Positions 1 through 10,977 of a stretch of 64,000 nt of DNA are shown piece after piece. The translations under genes and the position numbers were made by a program. The stretch lies in the NCBI GenBank assembly GCA_044229975.1, contig JBGARZ010000001.1, positions 160,001-224,000 of the forward strand, given 5' to 3'. The DNA comes from Polyangiales bacterium (GTDB lineage: Bacteria; Myxococcota_A; Polyangia; Polyangiales; Ga0077539). The notes under the pieces are model-generated. The model was not told the DNA's origin, searched no databases, and was given only the letters and a program-made list of their open reading frames with translations. Each line of letters opens with the position of its first letter. Positions within the stretch are counted from its first letter, which is position 1.

Positions 1-1
1 C

Positions 2-1285
2 GCCCAGCCGCTGTACCTCCCCGCGCTGACGGTCGGTGGCGCGCGCCACGACGTGCTCTTCGTCGCCACGCAGGCCAACTCCATGTATGCCCTCGACGCC
101 ACCACGGGCGCCGAACTCTGGCGCACTGCCCTCGGCACCCCGGTGCCGCGCTCGATGCAGCAGTGCGGCAACATCAACACCATCGGCGTCGTCAGCACCG
201 GCGTCATCGACCGCGCGACCAACACCCTCTACGCCGTCGCGTTCACCAACACGGGCGGGCTCCAGTTTCGCCTCAACGCGCTCGACGTCACCACCGGCGC
301 GCAGCGCGCGGGCTACCCCGCCAACATCAGTCCGCCCGACGTCGGCGCGTCGAGCTTCGACGCCCGCGCGACCGGCCAGCGCGCCGCGCTCCAGCTCATC
401 GACGGCCGCGTCTACGTCCCCTTCGGCGGCCTCTACGGCGACTGCGGCATGTACCACGGCTGGATCGTCGGCATCGACCCCGCCAACCCGGCGCAGCAGG
501 TCGCCTTCGCCACGCCGGGCCGCGGCTCGGGCATCTGGGCGGTCGGTGGTTCGTCCGTCGACGACATGGGCCGCATCTTCGTCGCGACGGGCAACAGCAC
601 CCCGCTCGGCGGGCACACCCCGGGCTCCATGGGCGAGCGCGTGATTCGCCTCGGCAGCGGCGCCATGGGCCCCACCTCGTCGACCGCCGCGGACTCGTAC
701 TTCGAGGCCACCGACGCCCGCATGCTCGACCTCCAGGACCTCGACATCGGCTCCGTCAGCCCGATGCTCGTCGCCCCCATCGCGGGCGCGCCGCGGCTCA
801 TCTGGCAGGGCGGCAAGGCCGGCGTCAGCTACCTCCTCAACGGCGACAACCTCGGCGGAACCAACGCCGGCATCACCCAGGAGCGCTTCTTCGGCGGCGG
901 CAACTACGGCGCCGCGGCGACGTGGTCGGACGGCACCGACAGCTACGTGTTCGTGCCGGGTCGCGGCACGCGCGCGGGGTGCAGCGGCTCGGGTGGTGTG
1001 ATGGCCGTCCGGGTGACGGCGAGCAGCATGGACACCGCTTGGTGCAGCGCCACCGTGGGCAACCCCAACCCCCCGGCGGTCTCCTCCAACGGCAACGCCG
1101 ACGGCGTGCTCTGGGTCGCGGGCTCGGGCACCCCGGGCACCCTCCGCGCCATCGAGATCTCCACCGGCATGGAGATCTTCAGCGGCGCGCCCCCGAGCGT
1201 GCGCCAGTGGACGCCCGTCGTCGTCGCCGACGGCAGGGTCTACGTCACGGGCTCGCGCACCGTGTCGATGTTCACCACGCGGTAG
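2..1285 (+). CDS. PQQ-like beta-propeller repeat protein (5' truncated by window edge)
   Basis: Frame open from base 2 (AQPLYLPALTVGG...); repeated propeller motifs YALDATTGAELW, LNALDVTTG, LRAIEISTG, PVVVADGRVYV. Confidence 0.75.
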   Translation, partial: AQPLYLPALTVGGARHDVLFVATQANSMYALDATTGAELWRTALGTPVPRSMQQCGNINTIGVVSTGVIDRATNTLYAVAFTNTGGLQFRLNALDVTTGAQRAGYPANISPPDVGASSFDARATGQRAALQLIDGRVYVPFGGLYGDCGMYHGWIVGIDPANPAQQVAFATPGRGSGIWAVGGSSVDDMGRIFVATGNSTPLGGHTPGSMGERVIRLGSGAMGPTSSTAADSYFEATDARMLDLQDLDIGSVSPMLVAPIAGAPRLIWQGGKAGVSYLLNGDNLGGTNAGITQERFFGGGNYGAAATWSDGTDSYVFVPGRGTRAGCSGSGGVMAVRVTASSMDTAWCSATVGNPNPPAVSSNGNADGVLWVAGSGTPGTLRAIEISTGMEIFSGAPPSVRQWTPVVVADGRVYVTGSRTVSMFTTR

Positions 1286-1365
1286 CGACATAGCCCGTCA
1301 CGCGCGCTGCGCGGCGCCCGCCCCGTTCGTTGACAGGGGCGGTGCGATCTCCGAGAACCCACCTC

Positions 1366-3357
1366 ATGCGGTGGCCGACCTTCTCTTCTTCTCATCTCCC
1401 GTTGCTCGTGGTCTCAGCGCTGGTGGCCTGCTCGCCGCGCAGCACGGGCCCCGACACCAACACCGACGCGGGCACCGACGTCGCGACCGACCTCGGGTCC
1501 GCCAAGGACGTCGTGACCGATGTTCAAGCGGCCGACGTCCCGCCGCCCGATGACGTCCCCGATGTGACGACCATCGACGCCCCTGACGTGGTGGCGGACG
1601 ACGTGATCGCCGTCGACGCCCCCGATGTGGTCGCCGTCGACGCGCCCGACGTGGTCACCGCCGACACGCCCGACGTGGTGACCGCCGACGTCCCGCCGCT
1701 CGCCTGCCGCTCCTCGCGCGAGTGCTCCGCGCGGATGCAGGTCTGCGACACGAGCCTCGGCTTCTGCGTCGACTGCGTCTCCGCGGTGGACTGTACCGGC
1801 ACGGAGGTCTGCGCCAACAACCGCTGCGTCCCGCCGCCGCCGCCGTGCAACTCCGACCGCGAGTGCTCCGTGCGGATGCAGGTGTGCAACGTGACGCGAC
1901 ACGCCTGCGTCGACTGCAACACGGACGTCGACTGTGGCACCGGGCGCAACTGCAACCCCGACGGCAACTGCGTCGCGCAGACCTGCACGCCCAACTCCGT
2001 GAGCTGCGCCAACGAGACCACCCGCCGGGTGTGCTCGTCCGACGGGCGGATGTTCACCACCACCGCGTGCCCGTCGGTCACCAACGGCCTCTCGCGCTGC
2101 GCCGACGGCGCCTGCACGCCGTCGTGCAACGCGGGCTTCGCCGACTGCGACGGCAACGCGGCCAACGGCTGCGAGGTGGCCCTCGGGTCGAGCGTCAGCC
2201 ACTGCGGCGCCTGCAACAACCAGTGCCCCTCTGCGGGTGGCACGCCGACCTGCGTCGCGGGCGGGTGCTCGCTGTCGTGCAGCGCAGGCCGCGGCGACTG
2301 CGACGGCGTCTCGGCCAACGGCTGCGAGACCAACACCAGCAGCAGCAACGCCCACTGCGGCGTCTGCGGGCGCGTCTGCGGCGCCGGGCAGACCTGCTCG
2401 TCGGGAACGTGCTCGATCTCCGCGTGCCCGTCGGGGCAGACGCTCTGCGGCCTGTCCTGCGTCGACCTCAACAACGACGCGCGGCAGTGCGGCGCGTGCG
2501 GTCGCGTGTGCTCGTTTCCCAACGCCAACGCGAGCTGCTCGGCGGGCACCTGCGTGATCGCGACCTGCGCGAGCGGCTTCTCCGACTGCGACGGCGACCC
2601 GTCCAACGGCTGCGAGGTCGACCTCCGCTCGTCGGCCTCCAACTGCGGGGCGTGTCGACGGTCGTGCGCGCTCGACAACGCGACGTCCGCCTGCGCGTCG
2701 GGCACCTGCGTGATCTCCGCCTGCGCGCCGTCCTTCGGCGACTGCGACGGCAACCCCGCCAACGGCTGCGAGGTCAACGGCTTCACCGACCCGCGCAACT
2801 GCGGCGGCTGCGGCATCGCCTGCGCGACGGGGCAGTCGTGCCAGACGGGCGTGTGCGTGGCCAACCCCTGCTCGACCGGGCTCACGCTGTGCGGCGCGTC
2901 GAACTGCCGCGACCTCACCAATGACACGGCCAACTGCGGCGCATGCAACCGCGTCTGCGCGTCGGGCCAGAGCTGCGTGGCGTCGAACTGCATCACCCCC
3001 ACGCTGCGCTTCAACCTCACCTGGAACACCCGGGCCGACCTCGACCTCGCGGTCGTGACGCCCACCGGCGTGCTCATCTTTTACGGCGCCCGCATGGGCG
3101 GCGGCGGAACGCTCGGCGAGGACAGCATGACCACCGGCCCCGAGCAGATCACCTGGAGCGCTACGCCCGCCTCCGGCACGTACATCGTCTGCGCGATTCC
3201 CTACAGCCTGTCGACGGCGCCGGTGAGCTACACGCTCCAGGCCTTTCGCGGCGCGGGTGCCCCGACGACCCGCACCGGGAGCTACTCGACGGCGGCGCCC
3301 GCCGGAGAGCGCTGCTCGGCGACGAGCCCGTACCGCGTCCTCGACTTCGTCTACTGA
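1366..3357 (+). CDS. Large cysteine-rich lipoprotein with repeated disulfide modules and C-terminal YfaP/DUF2135-like beta domain
   Basis: Lipobox LVAC; Asp/Val/Pro linker; four DCDGxxxNGCE repeats plus (H/N)CGxCxxxC modules; C-terminal LTWNTRADLDLAV...GPEQI. Confidence 0.8.
   Translation: MRWPTFSSSHLPLLVVSALVACSPRSTGPDTNTDAGTDVATDLGSAKDVVTDVQAADVPPPDDVPDVTTIDAPDVVADDVIAVDAPDVVAVDAPDVVTADTPDVVTADVPPLACRSSRECSARMQVCDTSLGFCVDCVSAVDCTGTEVCANNRCVPPPPPCNSDRECSVRMQVCNVTRHACVDCNTDVDCGTGRNCNPDGNCVAQTCTPNSVSCANETTRRVCSSDGRMFTTTACPSVTNGLSRCADGACTPSCNAGFADCDGNAANGCEVALGSSVSHCGACNNQCPSAGGTPTCVAGGCSLSCSAGRGDCDGVSANGCETNTSSSNAHCGVCGRVCGAGQTCSSGTCSISACPSGQTLCGLSCVDLNNDARQCGACGRVCSFPNANASCSAGTCVIATCASGFSDCDGDPSNGCEVDLRSSASNCGACRRSCALDNATSACASGTCVISACAPSFGDCDGNPANGCEVNGFTDPRNCGGCGIACATGQSCQTGVCVANPCSTGLTLCGASNCRDLTNDTANCGACNRVCASGQSCVASNCITPTLRFNLTWNTRADLDLAVVTPTGVLIFYGARMGGGGTLGEDSMTTGPEQITWSATPASGTYIVCAIPYSLSTAPVSYTLQAFRGAGAPTTRTGSYSTAAPAGERCSATSPYRVLDFVY
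1575..1695 (+). repeat. Imperfect coding tandem repeat (DAPDVV-type linker)
   Basis: DAPDVV/DTPDVV recurs four times in the linker after the lipobox; boundaries approximate. Confidence 0.6.
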
Positions 3358-3399
3358 GCGCCCGCGCGGGGCCCGACCTGTGGTATCCGCGCAGGTCTC

Positions 3400-4956
<1,557 letters not shown>

Positions 4957-4983
4957 CGCCGCGGGTTCTGGTACCGTGGCGGA

Positions 4984-6264
4984 ATGGGACGATCGTGGCT
5001 CTTCCTTCTGCCGGTAATGGTTGGGGCGTGCGCGCCCGAGGAGATCTCGGACACTGTCGTCCGTGACGCGGGCCCGCGGGTCGACGCGCGCGCCACCGAT
5101 CGACCCGTGGTGCGTGACACCGGGCCCGTGCGCGACACCGGTCCGGCCCGGGACACGGGGCCCGTGCGCGACACCGGGATGACCACCAACCCGACGGACG
5201 GGGGCGGCACGACGGGGCGACGCGAGGACTGCACGACGCCCTTCGACGACGACGGCGATGGCGTCGCCAACGAGGACTGCGCCTGCACACCGGGCATGGA
5301 ACAGATGTGCTTCGAGCGCCCCGAAGACGCCTTCCGGGGAATGTGCCGCATGGGGCGGCAGCGCTGCGAGGGCGAAGGCGAGTTCGGGACGTGGTCGGCG
5401 TGCGGCGGGTCGTGGCTGCCCATCGCCGAGGCCATGAACCAGTGCGAGATCGCGCAGCCGCTCATGGGGATGACCGCGACGCGCGCGCCGGTCGACATCC
5501 TGCTCTTCGTCGACACCTCCGGGTCGATGGCCGAGGAGACCGCGGCGGTCAACGAGAACATGAACCGCTTCGCCATGATCATGGGCGCGAGCGGCCTCGA
5601 CTACCGGGTCATCATGGTGGCCCGACGCGGCACCGCGCGCCTCCAGGTGTGCATCCCCGCGCCGCTCGGTGGAGCGTCGTGCGCCGACGGTCCACGGCTG
5701 CGGCATCTCAACGTCACCGTCGACAGCGTCAACGGCCTCCGCCAGTGGATCGCGACGCAGCCCATGTGGCAGTCGTTCACGCGCACCGACGCGTTGAAGT
5801 TCTTCGTGGCCGTCACGGATGATGAGAGCTCGATGAGTGCGGACGAGTTCAACACCACGGTCACGCGGTGGCCGGGGTTCTCGTCGTATGTGTTCCACTC
5901 CATCGTGGGGTACGAGTCGCGCGCGGACTGCCCGACGCTCGCGCGCCGCGGCGGCGTGTACCTCACGCTCACCTCGCGCACCCGCGGTATGGCCGCGCGC
6001 GTGTGCAGCACCGACTGGACGGCGATCTTCACCTCCTTCGCGCGCGACATCACCAGCCGCGCCAACGCATGGATCGTCGACGCCGACGCGCGGCCCGACA
6101 CGGTGCAGGTGTGGTTCGTCGCGCCCGACGGCACCCGGACGCAGCTCACGACGGGGTGGAGCTACGACGCCGCCACGCGACGGCTCACCATCGACTCGGC
6201 GCGCCTGCCGCCCGAAGGACACCGCGTCGAGGTGCTGTACCGCACCAACGCCTCGTCGCCGTAG
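4984..6264 (+). CDS. VWA-domain lipoprotein with N-terminal Cys-rich module
   Basis: Lipobox MVGAC; DDDGDGVANEDC motif; MIDAS motif DILLFVDTSGSM and VAVTDD. Confidence 0.8.
   Translation: MGRSWLFLLPVMVGACAPEEISDTVVRDAGPRVDARATDRPVVRDTGPVRDTGPARDTGPVRDTGMTTNPTDGGGTTGRREDCTTPFDDDGDGVANEDCACTPGMEQMCFERPEDAFRGMCRMGRQRCEGEGEFGTWSACGGSWLPIAEAMNQCEIAQPLMGMTATRAPVDILLFVDTSGSMAEETAAVNENMNRFAMIMGASGLDYRVIMVARRGTARLQVCIPAPLGGASCADGPRLRHLNVTVDSVNGLRQWIATQPMWQSFTRTDALKFFVAVTDDESSMSADEFNTTVTRWPGFSSYVFHSIVGYESRADCPTLARRGGVYLTLTSRTRGMAARVCSTDWTAIFTSFARDITSRANAWIVDADARPDTVQVWFVAPDGTRTQLTTGWSYDAATRRLTIDSARLPPEGHRVEVLYRTNASSP
5110..5178 (+). repeat. 18-bp coding tandem repeat (VRDTGP about x4)
   Basis: gtgcgtgacaccgggccc / gtgcgcgacaccggtccg / gcccgggacacggggccc / gtgcgcgacaccggg. 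Confidence 0.8.
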
Positions 6265-6265
6265 C
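6247..6265. repeat. 19-bp direct repeat, copy 1 (overlaps VWA gene stop)
   Basis: aacgcctcgtcgccgtagc, identical to 7252-7270. Confidence 0.9.
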
Positions 6266-6276
6266 GGGGGGAAGGG

Positions 6277-7179
6277 TCAGGTCGCGCGGTCGTCGGCGAG
6301 CCACGCGCCCAGCGCCGGGGCGTCGAGGTCCATCACGACGTCGCCGACGCGCTCGGGACCCAGCGCCCGCAACCGATCGCGCAGCCGCGCCTGCTCGACC
6401 TCACCGAGAGCGCGCCCGAGCTTTCGCTCGAACTGGTGCGACACCAACGCGACCCCGCGGGCCTCTCCGCGGGCCTCTCCGCGGGCCTCTCCCTTCTGGA
6501 AGGGCCACGACCGTTCGATCAATCCTTCGTCGACGATGCCCATGAGCCACTCCCGGATGTTGCGCTTCGCAGGCTCCGATTCTGCCACGACGGTCATCGC
6601 GGCGACCACCTCCACCAGCTCGTCGCGGCTCTGCGCCGCGGCCCGTGCGGCCGCCAGGGCCAGCGGCAGCGTCTCGGGCGACGCGTCCCTTACCAGCGGC
6701 GCAAACGCCAACCACAGCAGGCTCCCGCGCGCCACGAGCTCGGCCACCGTGCATTGGTACACCGGGTCGATGCGAAACCGCGCTCCACTGAAGCGCTCCT
6801 CCCGCGGCGACACGCGGAAGCGCCCCCGCTCGGGCCACGGCGCCTCTCGGCCGGAGAGCAACACGACCGTGCTCACGATCGGCGCACGATGGACTGGCCG
6901 GCGCGGGTCGCGCTGCGCCATCGCCAGCAGCGCCTGGTACTCGTAGATCCGGTAGGGCAGGCCCCTCTCCCACGCCCACTGCCACTCGACGTGCAGCCAG
7001 CGGCGGCGCCCGCCCACGAGCACTGACAGCACGCGGTCGAGGCGACGCTCCACGGCTGCGACTTGCGTCTCCTGCCACGCCTCCACCTCGAACTCCGCGG
7101 CGGGCCCGAGCACCCCGCGCGCATACGCCTCGGGCATCCGTTGCGCGACGTGGCGAAGCGTGATGTCGAGATCCCCCAT
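6277..7179 (-). CDS. Rpn/YhgA-like PD-(D/E)XK nuclease (putative transposase family) with DUF4351-like C-terminus
   Basis: N-terminal D-ITLR; RRLDRV...WLHVEWQ...LPYRIYEY nuclease core; GEARG repeats then helical QFERKLG...W tail; start chosen at MGDLD. Confidence 0.8.
   Translation of the reverse strand: MGDLDITLRHVAQRMPEAYARGVLGPAAEFEVEAWQETQVAAVERRLDRVLSVLVGGRRRWLHVEWQWAWERGLPYRIYEYQALLAMAQRDPRRPVHRAPIVSTVVLLSGREAPWPERGRFRVSPREERFSGARFRIDPVYQCTVAELVARGSLLWLAFAPLVRDASPETLPLALAAARAAAQSRDELVEVVAAMTVVAESEPAKRNIREWLMGIVDEGLIERSWPFQKGEARGEARGEARGVALVSHQFERKLGRALGEVEQARLRDRLRALGPERVGDVVMDLDAPALGAWLADDRAT
6455..6492 (-). repeat. Perfect 12-bp tandem repeat x3 encoding (GEAR)3
   Basis: ccgcgggcctct repeated three times. 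Confidence 0.85.
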
Positions 7180-7251
7180 CGCCCTCCTCCTCGTGACGAA
7201 CACCGTCGTCGCACGCGACCCCGGACGGGTCAACGGTCGCGTCGAGGCGCT

Positions 7252-7270
7252 AACGCCTCGTCGCCGTAGC
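7252..7270. repeat. 19-bp direct repeat, copy 2
   Basis: aacgcctcgtcgccgtagc, identical to 6247-6265. Confidence 0.9.
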
Positions 7271-7278
7271 CGCGGCCC

Positions 7279-8439
7279 TCAGCGCGGCGCGGGCTCTTGC
7301 GCCGACGAGAGATCCACCGCGGTCGGTCGGCTCTCGCCGTTGATCTGTCCCCAGCAGCGCACCGCACCCGCCACATCGCGCACGCAGGTCGACCCGCCGC
7401 CGCCGGCCGGCTCGCCGCCGCCCACCGCTACCTCCACGGCGCCGATCACGTCCCGCACCACCACCGGGGTCGCGGAGTCGTCCAGCGCTTCACGCGTTCG
7501 ACCGAGCTGGCCCGATGCGTTGGCGCCCCAGCACGAGACCCTCCCGCCGCTGGTCAGCGCGCACGAGTGGTACTCTCCGACCGCGAGGCGCAGCGCGTTG
7601 GCGACGCCTCGCAGCGGCGTCGGGCGGTAGCTGGCGGAGCCCTCGCCGCCCCAGCACCACACGCGCGAACCCGCCCGCGCGCAGCTCGGCGCGAACTGGC
7701 TCGTCCCGACCTCGTCGACGCCCGCGAGTCCGGCGAGACGGATGGGCGGCACGTTGCTCTCGCTCACCCCCGCGTCGCCGGGGAGCTGATGAAACCCGGC
7801 GGTGCCCCAGCACGAGACGCTCCCGTCGACGTGCACCGCACACGAAATGGTGCCGTGCCCCAACGCGCGGACGGGCGCAGGGAGCGCGACCTCGCGGAGC
7901 GCCGAGGGCTCGGTGCCCTCCCAGCACCACACCGACCCGTTGGTCTTCCGAACGCAGTCCCAGGCGACCTCCGCCACGTCGGTCGCCTCGACGCCACCGG
8001 TGCGCAGGGTCTCGTCCCAGCATCGCAGCTCGCCGCTCCGACGACGCGCGCACCAGCGGGCCACGTCGCCCGCGACCTCCACCGCGTCGACGAGGCCCAC
8101 GACCAGCGCTGGCGCGGCGTGCGCGCGGTTGTCGTCGTTGTCCTCCATCCCGACGCCCCAGCACACCACGCGACCGTCGACACGCAACGCGCAGGCGCGG
8201 TTGTGGCCGAGGGCGATCTGCGCGACGGGCGAGGAGGGCGCCACGCCACCGACCGGCGGCAGTCCCGGCGGCGCGGGAGCGACGGCAGCGACATCGAGCG
8301 ACGGCGTCCCGGCGTCCACCACCGGCATCGGCGGGGTCACCGCGACGGTCGGCGGCGGCAGGGGCGCGGGCGGGCGGCATCCGGCGAGCGCGAGGAGAGC
8401 GGGCAGGACGCAGTGATGGAGGGTCAGTCGCGGCAGCAC
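7279..8439 (-). CDS. RCC1-repeat beta-propeller lipoprotein
   Basis: Lipobox LAGC; repeats such as AVGEYHSCALTSGGRVSCWGANASGQLG. Confidence 0.85.
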   Translation of the reverse strand: MLPRLTLHHCVLPALLALAGCRPPAPLPPPTVAVTPPMPVVDAGTPSLDVAAVAPAPPGLPPVGGVAPSSPVAQIALGHNRACALRVDGRVVCWGVGMEDNDDNRAHAAPALVVGLVDAVEVAGDVARWCARRRSGELRCWDETLRTGGVEATDVAEVAWDCVRKTNGSVWCWEGTEPSALREVALPAPVRALGHGTISCAVHVDGSVSCWGTAGFHQLPGDAGVSESNVPPIRLAGLAGVDEVGTSQFAPSCARAGSRVWCWGGEGSASYRPTPLRGVANALRLAVGEYHSCALTSGGRVSCWGANASGQLGRTREALDDSATPVVVRDVIGAVEVAVGGGEPAGGGGSTCVRDVAGAVRCWGQINGESRPTAVDLSSAQEPAPR

Positions 8440-8551
8440 CTCGCCACGATACGCCCGATGGTATCGGCGCCGCCGATTCCCTGCCGCTACGAGGTCGGAC
8501 GCACGAGCCCGGCGCCTACCTCGCGTTGTTCAGGAACGACTGGCCGCGGAG

Positions 8552-9868
8552 TCAGTTGATGCGGACAGCGTCGATCGTCCAGCCGGGGTTCTGGAGGCGC
8601 CAAACGCTAGCGCCGCGGGCCTGGAAGCGGACGCGGACCCGCGCCGTGAGGCACGACGGCGGGAGCGTGATGGACTGCGCCGTGATCGCGAAGGCGCGCG
8701 TGGAGTTGTATCCGCCGGAGCAGTAGGTGGTCGCACACTGGGACTGTCGCGCGGGCCAGGGGTTCGGCGTCAGGTTGGTCCACGCGGCGCCGCCGTCCCC
8801 CGAACACTGCGGCGAGAGGCGCTCGGACTTGTCGACCGACGAGTCGTACGATGGGTTGTCGTCGAGGCGCACCGTGAACGTGAGGAGCGCCGCACTGCAG
8901 CCAGAGAGGTCGGTGTCCGCGCCGCTGGTGAGGTTCTGCGTGTATGTCGACGCGAACCGCGTGGTGGAGCCGGCGACCACGTTGCCCGAGCCGTGTCGCC
9001 AGAGGCTGTCGAAGGTCCAGCCGTCGGTCCCTGTGTCGAAGAGTCCGAGCGCGAGCGCCGTGGGACAGGTACGGTGACTGACGTCGGACGTACCAACGTC
9101 CACCGGACCAGCGTCGGGAACGCCGACCTCGTTCACCTCGCTATCGACCCCCGTGTCCGCGGTCCCAGCGTCGATCGCGCCGGCGTCACCTGACACGTCG
9201 ATGACCGCCACGACGTCCATCGGTCCCGACACGTCCGCGCTCACGCCAACGTCGACCGTGCCATCGGCCAGGGCGTCGCGTGCGACGTCCGTCGCTTCTG
9301 CATCGCTGCCCGCCACGTCCGAGCTGCCGTCGGACCCGACCGCTCCTGCATCCCCGCCAACGCTCCCCTGCGCGGACGGAACCACCGTCGCGCTCACACA
9401 ATCCCCACTGCTGGGCTCGCACCGCTGCGATGGCAGGCATCGGTTGGCCAGACACGCCGTCGCGAGCACCAGTTGCAGGTCGAGCGTCGCCTCGTCCACG
9501 AACTGAACGACCGCGCGCTGCGACACCACCGCGTCGGCGCGCGTGCAGGTCGTCCCGGCGCAGCCGAGCGCCTCGATCCACACGGGCGTCGGGTCGTTGG
9601 CGCCACGGGACGCGGTCGGCAGGAGACCGACGCGGAAGGGGAGCGCCGTGAGCCCGCCCGTCGTCCCCAGCGGGACCAACCGCAGGCTGCGCGACGGGCC
9701 GTTGGCGTCGCCGGTTCGCACCTCCACCGAGAGCGTCTGGATCTGTTGTCCTGGCCCCCACGGAACCTGCGACGTGACCGTGGCGACGATCTCCGTGCGC
9801 GGTCGGGTGCAGGCGACGCCCCACGCCACCATCGCCACCCCAGCAGCGCGAAGGAGAGGGCTTTTCAC
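8552..9868 (-). CDS. Lipoprotein with N-terminal beta domain, Asp/Gly/Val linker and C-terminal jelly-roll-like domain
   Basis: GTG start then signal ending WGVAC; low-complexity linker; C-terminal VRVRFQA...GWTIDAVRI; start uncertain. Confidence 0.65.
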   Translation of the reverse strand: MKSPLLRAAGVAMVAWGVACTRPRTEIVATVTSQVPWGPGQQIQTLSVEVRTGDANGPSRSLRLVPLGTTGGLTALPFRVGLLPTASRGANDPTPVWIEALGCAGTTCTRADAVVSQRAVVQFVDEATLDLQLVLATACLANRCLPSQRCEPSSGDCVSATVVPSAQGSVGGDAGAVGSDGSSDVAGSDAEATDVARDALADGTVDVGVSADVSGPMDVVAVIDVSGDAGAIDAGTADTGVDSEVNEVGVPDAGPVDVGTSDVSHRTCPTALALGLFDTGTDGWTFDSLWRHGSGNVVAGSTTRFASTYTQNLTSGADTDLSGCSAALLTFTVRLDDNPSYDSSVDKSERLSPQCSGDGGAAWTNLTPNPWPARQSQCATTYCSGGYNSTRAFAITAQSITLPPSCLTARVRVRFQARGASVWRLQNPGWTIDAVRIN

Positions 9869-10040
9869 CGGGCAGACGCTATCACGGGCCTGGGAGCAAT
9901 CCGCAGACGGACCCAGACAGCGTGGGGGCGCGGTGCCGCTGTTGGTCCCGCCGCTGCTGTCAACGCGCCAGCTCGCCCCATCGACGTGGACGTACACCCG
10001 CGGGGAGGCGACGAGCAGAGCGTCGCCGCGTGGACGCCCG

Positions 10041-10562
10041 CTACGACGTCGGACGCGTACGCCCCGCGACGGGCGGACCCGACGGTGCGCGCTGGAGCCG
10101 CGCCGAAGTGACGCGCGCGTTGACCGTGAGCGTGAAGGTGCCCTCGCTGTCGGTGTCGTAGCCGTCGACGAAGATGAACCAGGTTCCCGCGGTGAGGTCG
10201 AGGTCGAGCCCGGCGTGGCGGGCGTCTTCGCGGTCGTCGTTGCAGGCGAGCTCGGACACCTCGTCAGCGCAGTCGCCGCGCACGTACAGCGCGACGTCGT
10301 AGTCGGCCGCCACGCGGAGCGAGACGTGGGCGGGCTGGTCGAGGTGCAGCGAGTACACGCGCTCGCCGGAGAGGGCCTGCCGCGCGCACGAGGCGTGGGC
10401 GCGGTCGGCGACGCCGACGGTGGTGCCGCGGACGGTGGTGTTGTCGAGGAGCGACGTCACCTGCGAGCACGCCCCACGCGACGACGGCTGCGAGGCGACG
10501 CCCGAGGGGACGGCCAGCAGCGAGGCGCACAGAAGGAGGAGTGGGGCGCGGGACAAGCGCAT
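10041..10562 (-). CDS. Secreted PPC (pre-peptidase C-terminal)-like domain protein
   Basis: Signal peptide; ERVYSL, DVALYVR, ELACNDD, LTAGTWFIFVDGY...GTFTLTV. Confidence 0.75.
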   Translation of the reverse strand: MRLSRAPLLLLCASLLAVPSGVASQPSSRGACSQVTSLLDNTTVRGTTVGVADRAHASCARQALSGERVYSLHLDQPAHVSLRVAADYDVALYVRGDCADEVSELACNDDREDARHAGLDLDLTAGTWFIFVDGYDTDSEGTFTLTVNARVTSARLQRAPSGPPVAGRTRPTS

Positions 10563-10637
10563 CTACGATGACACGACCGGGTTGGAGGGCGCGGAAAGAT
10601 TTCGGAAACGCGCGCCGGTGTCAACGGACCGGGGCAA

Positions 10638-10858
10638 GCCCTGACCTTCGGAGTAGGCGGGATGGGAGGCAGAAGTCGCAAGGGCGCGAGGGTCGCAAGG
10701 ATCGGAGTTTCAGGAGCGCGGAGGGTTGGGTCCGCAGTCTTCCAAGACACCACCACGCGCATGGCGCTCGTCTCCGCTGCCCTTGAAACTCCGGTCCTTG
10801 CGACCCTCGCGCCCTTGCGACTTCTGCCTCCCATCCCGCCTACTCCGAAGGTCAGGGC
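10638..10858. mobile_element. MITE/REPIN-like element: 75-bp terminal inverted repeats (1 mismatch) around a 71-bp spacer
   Basis: 10638-10712 gccctgaccttcggagtaggcgggatggg...ggagtttca is the reverse complement of 10784-10858 except at one position; a partial third terminus lies at 10862-10881. Confidence 0.7.
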
Positions 10859-10977
10859 GAGCCTGAGGTTCGGAGTAGGCGTCGTGGCGACGCGAGGCGC
10901 TCGTCATCGGTCCTCACCCACGCCGCCAACACCGACTCCGCATCCCGGGGCGACCGCGGGACCTACGCGTCGTCGAG

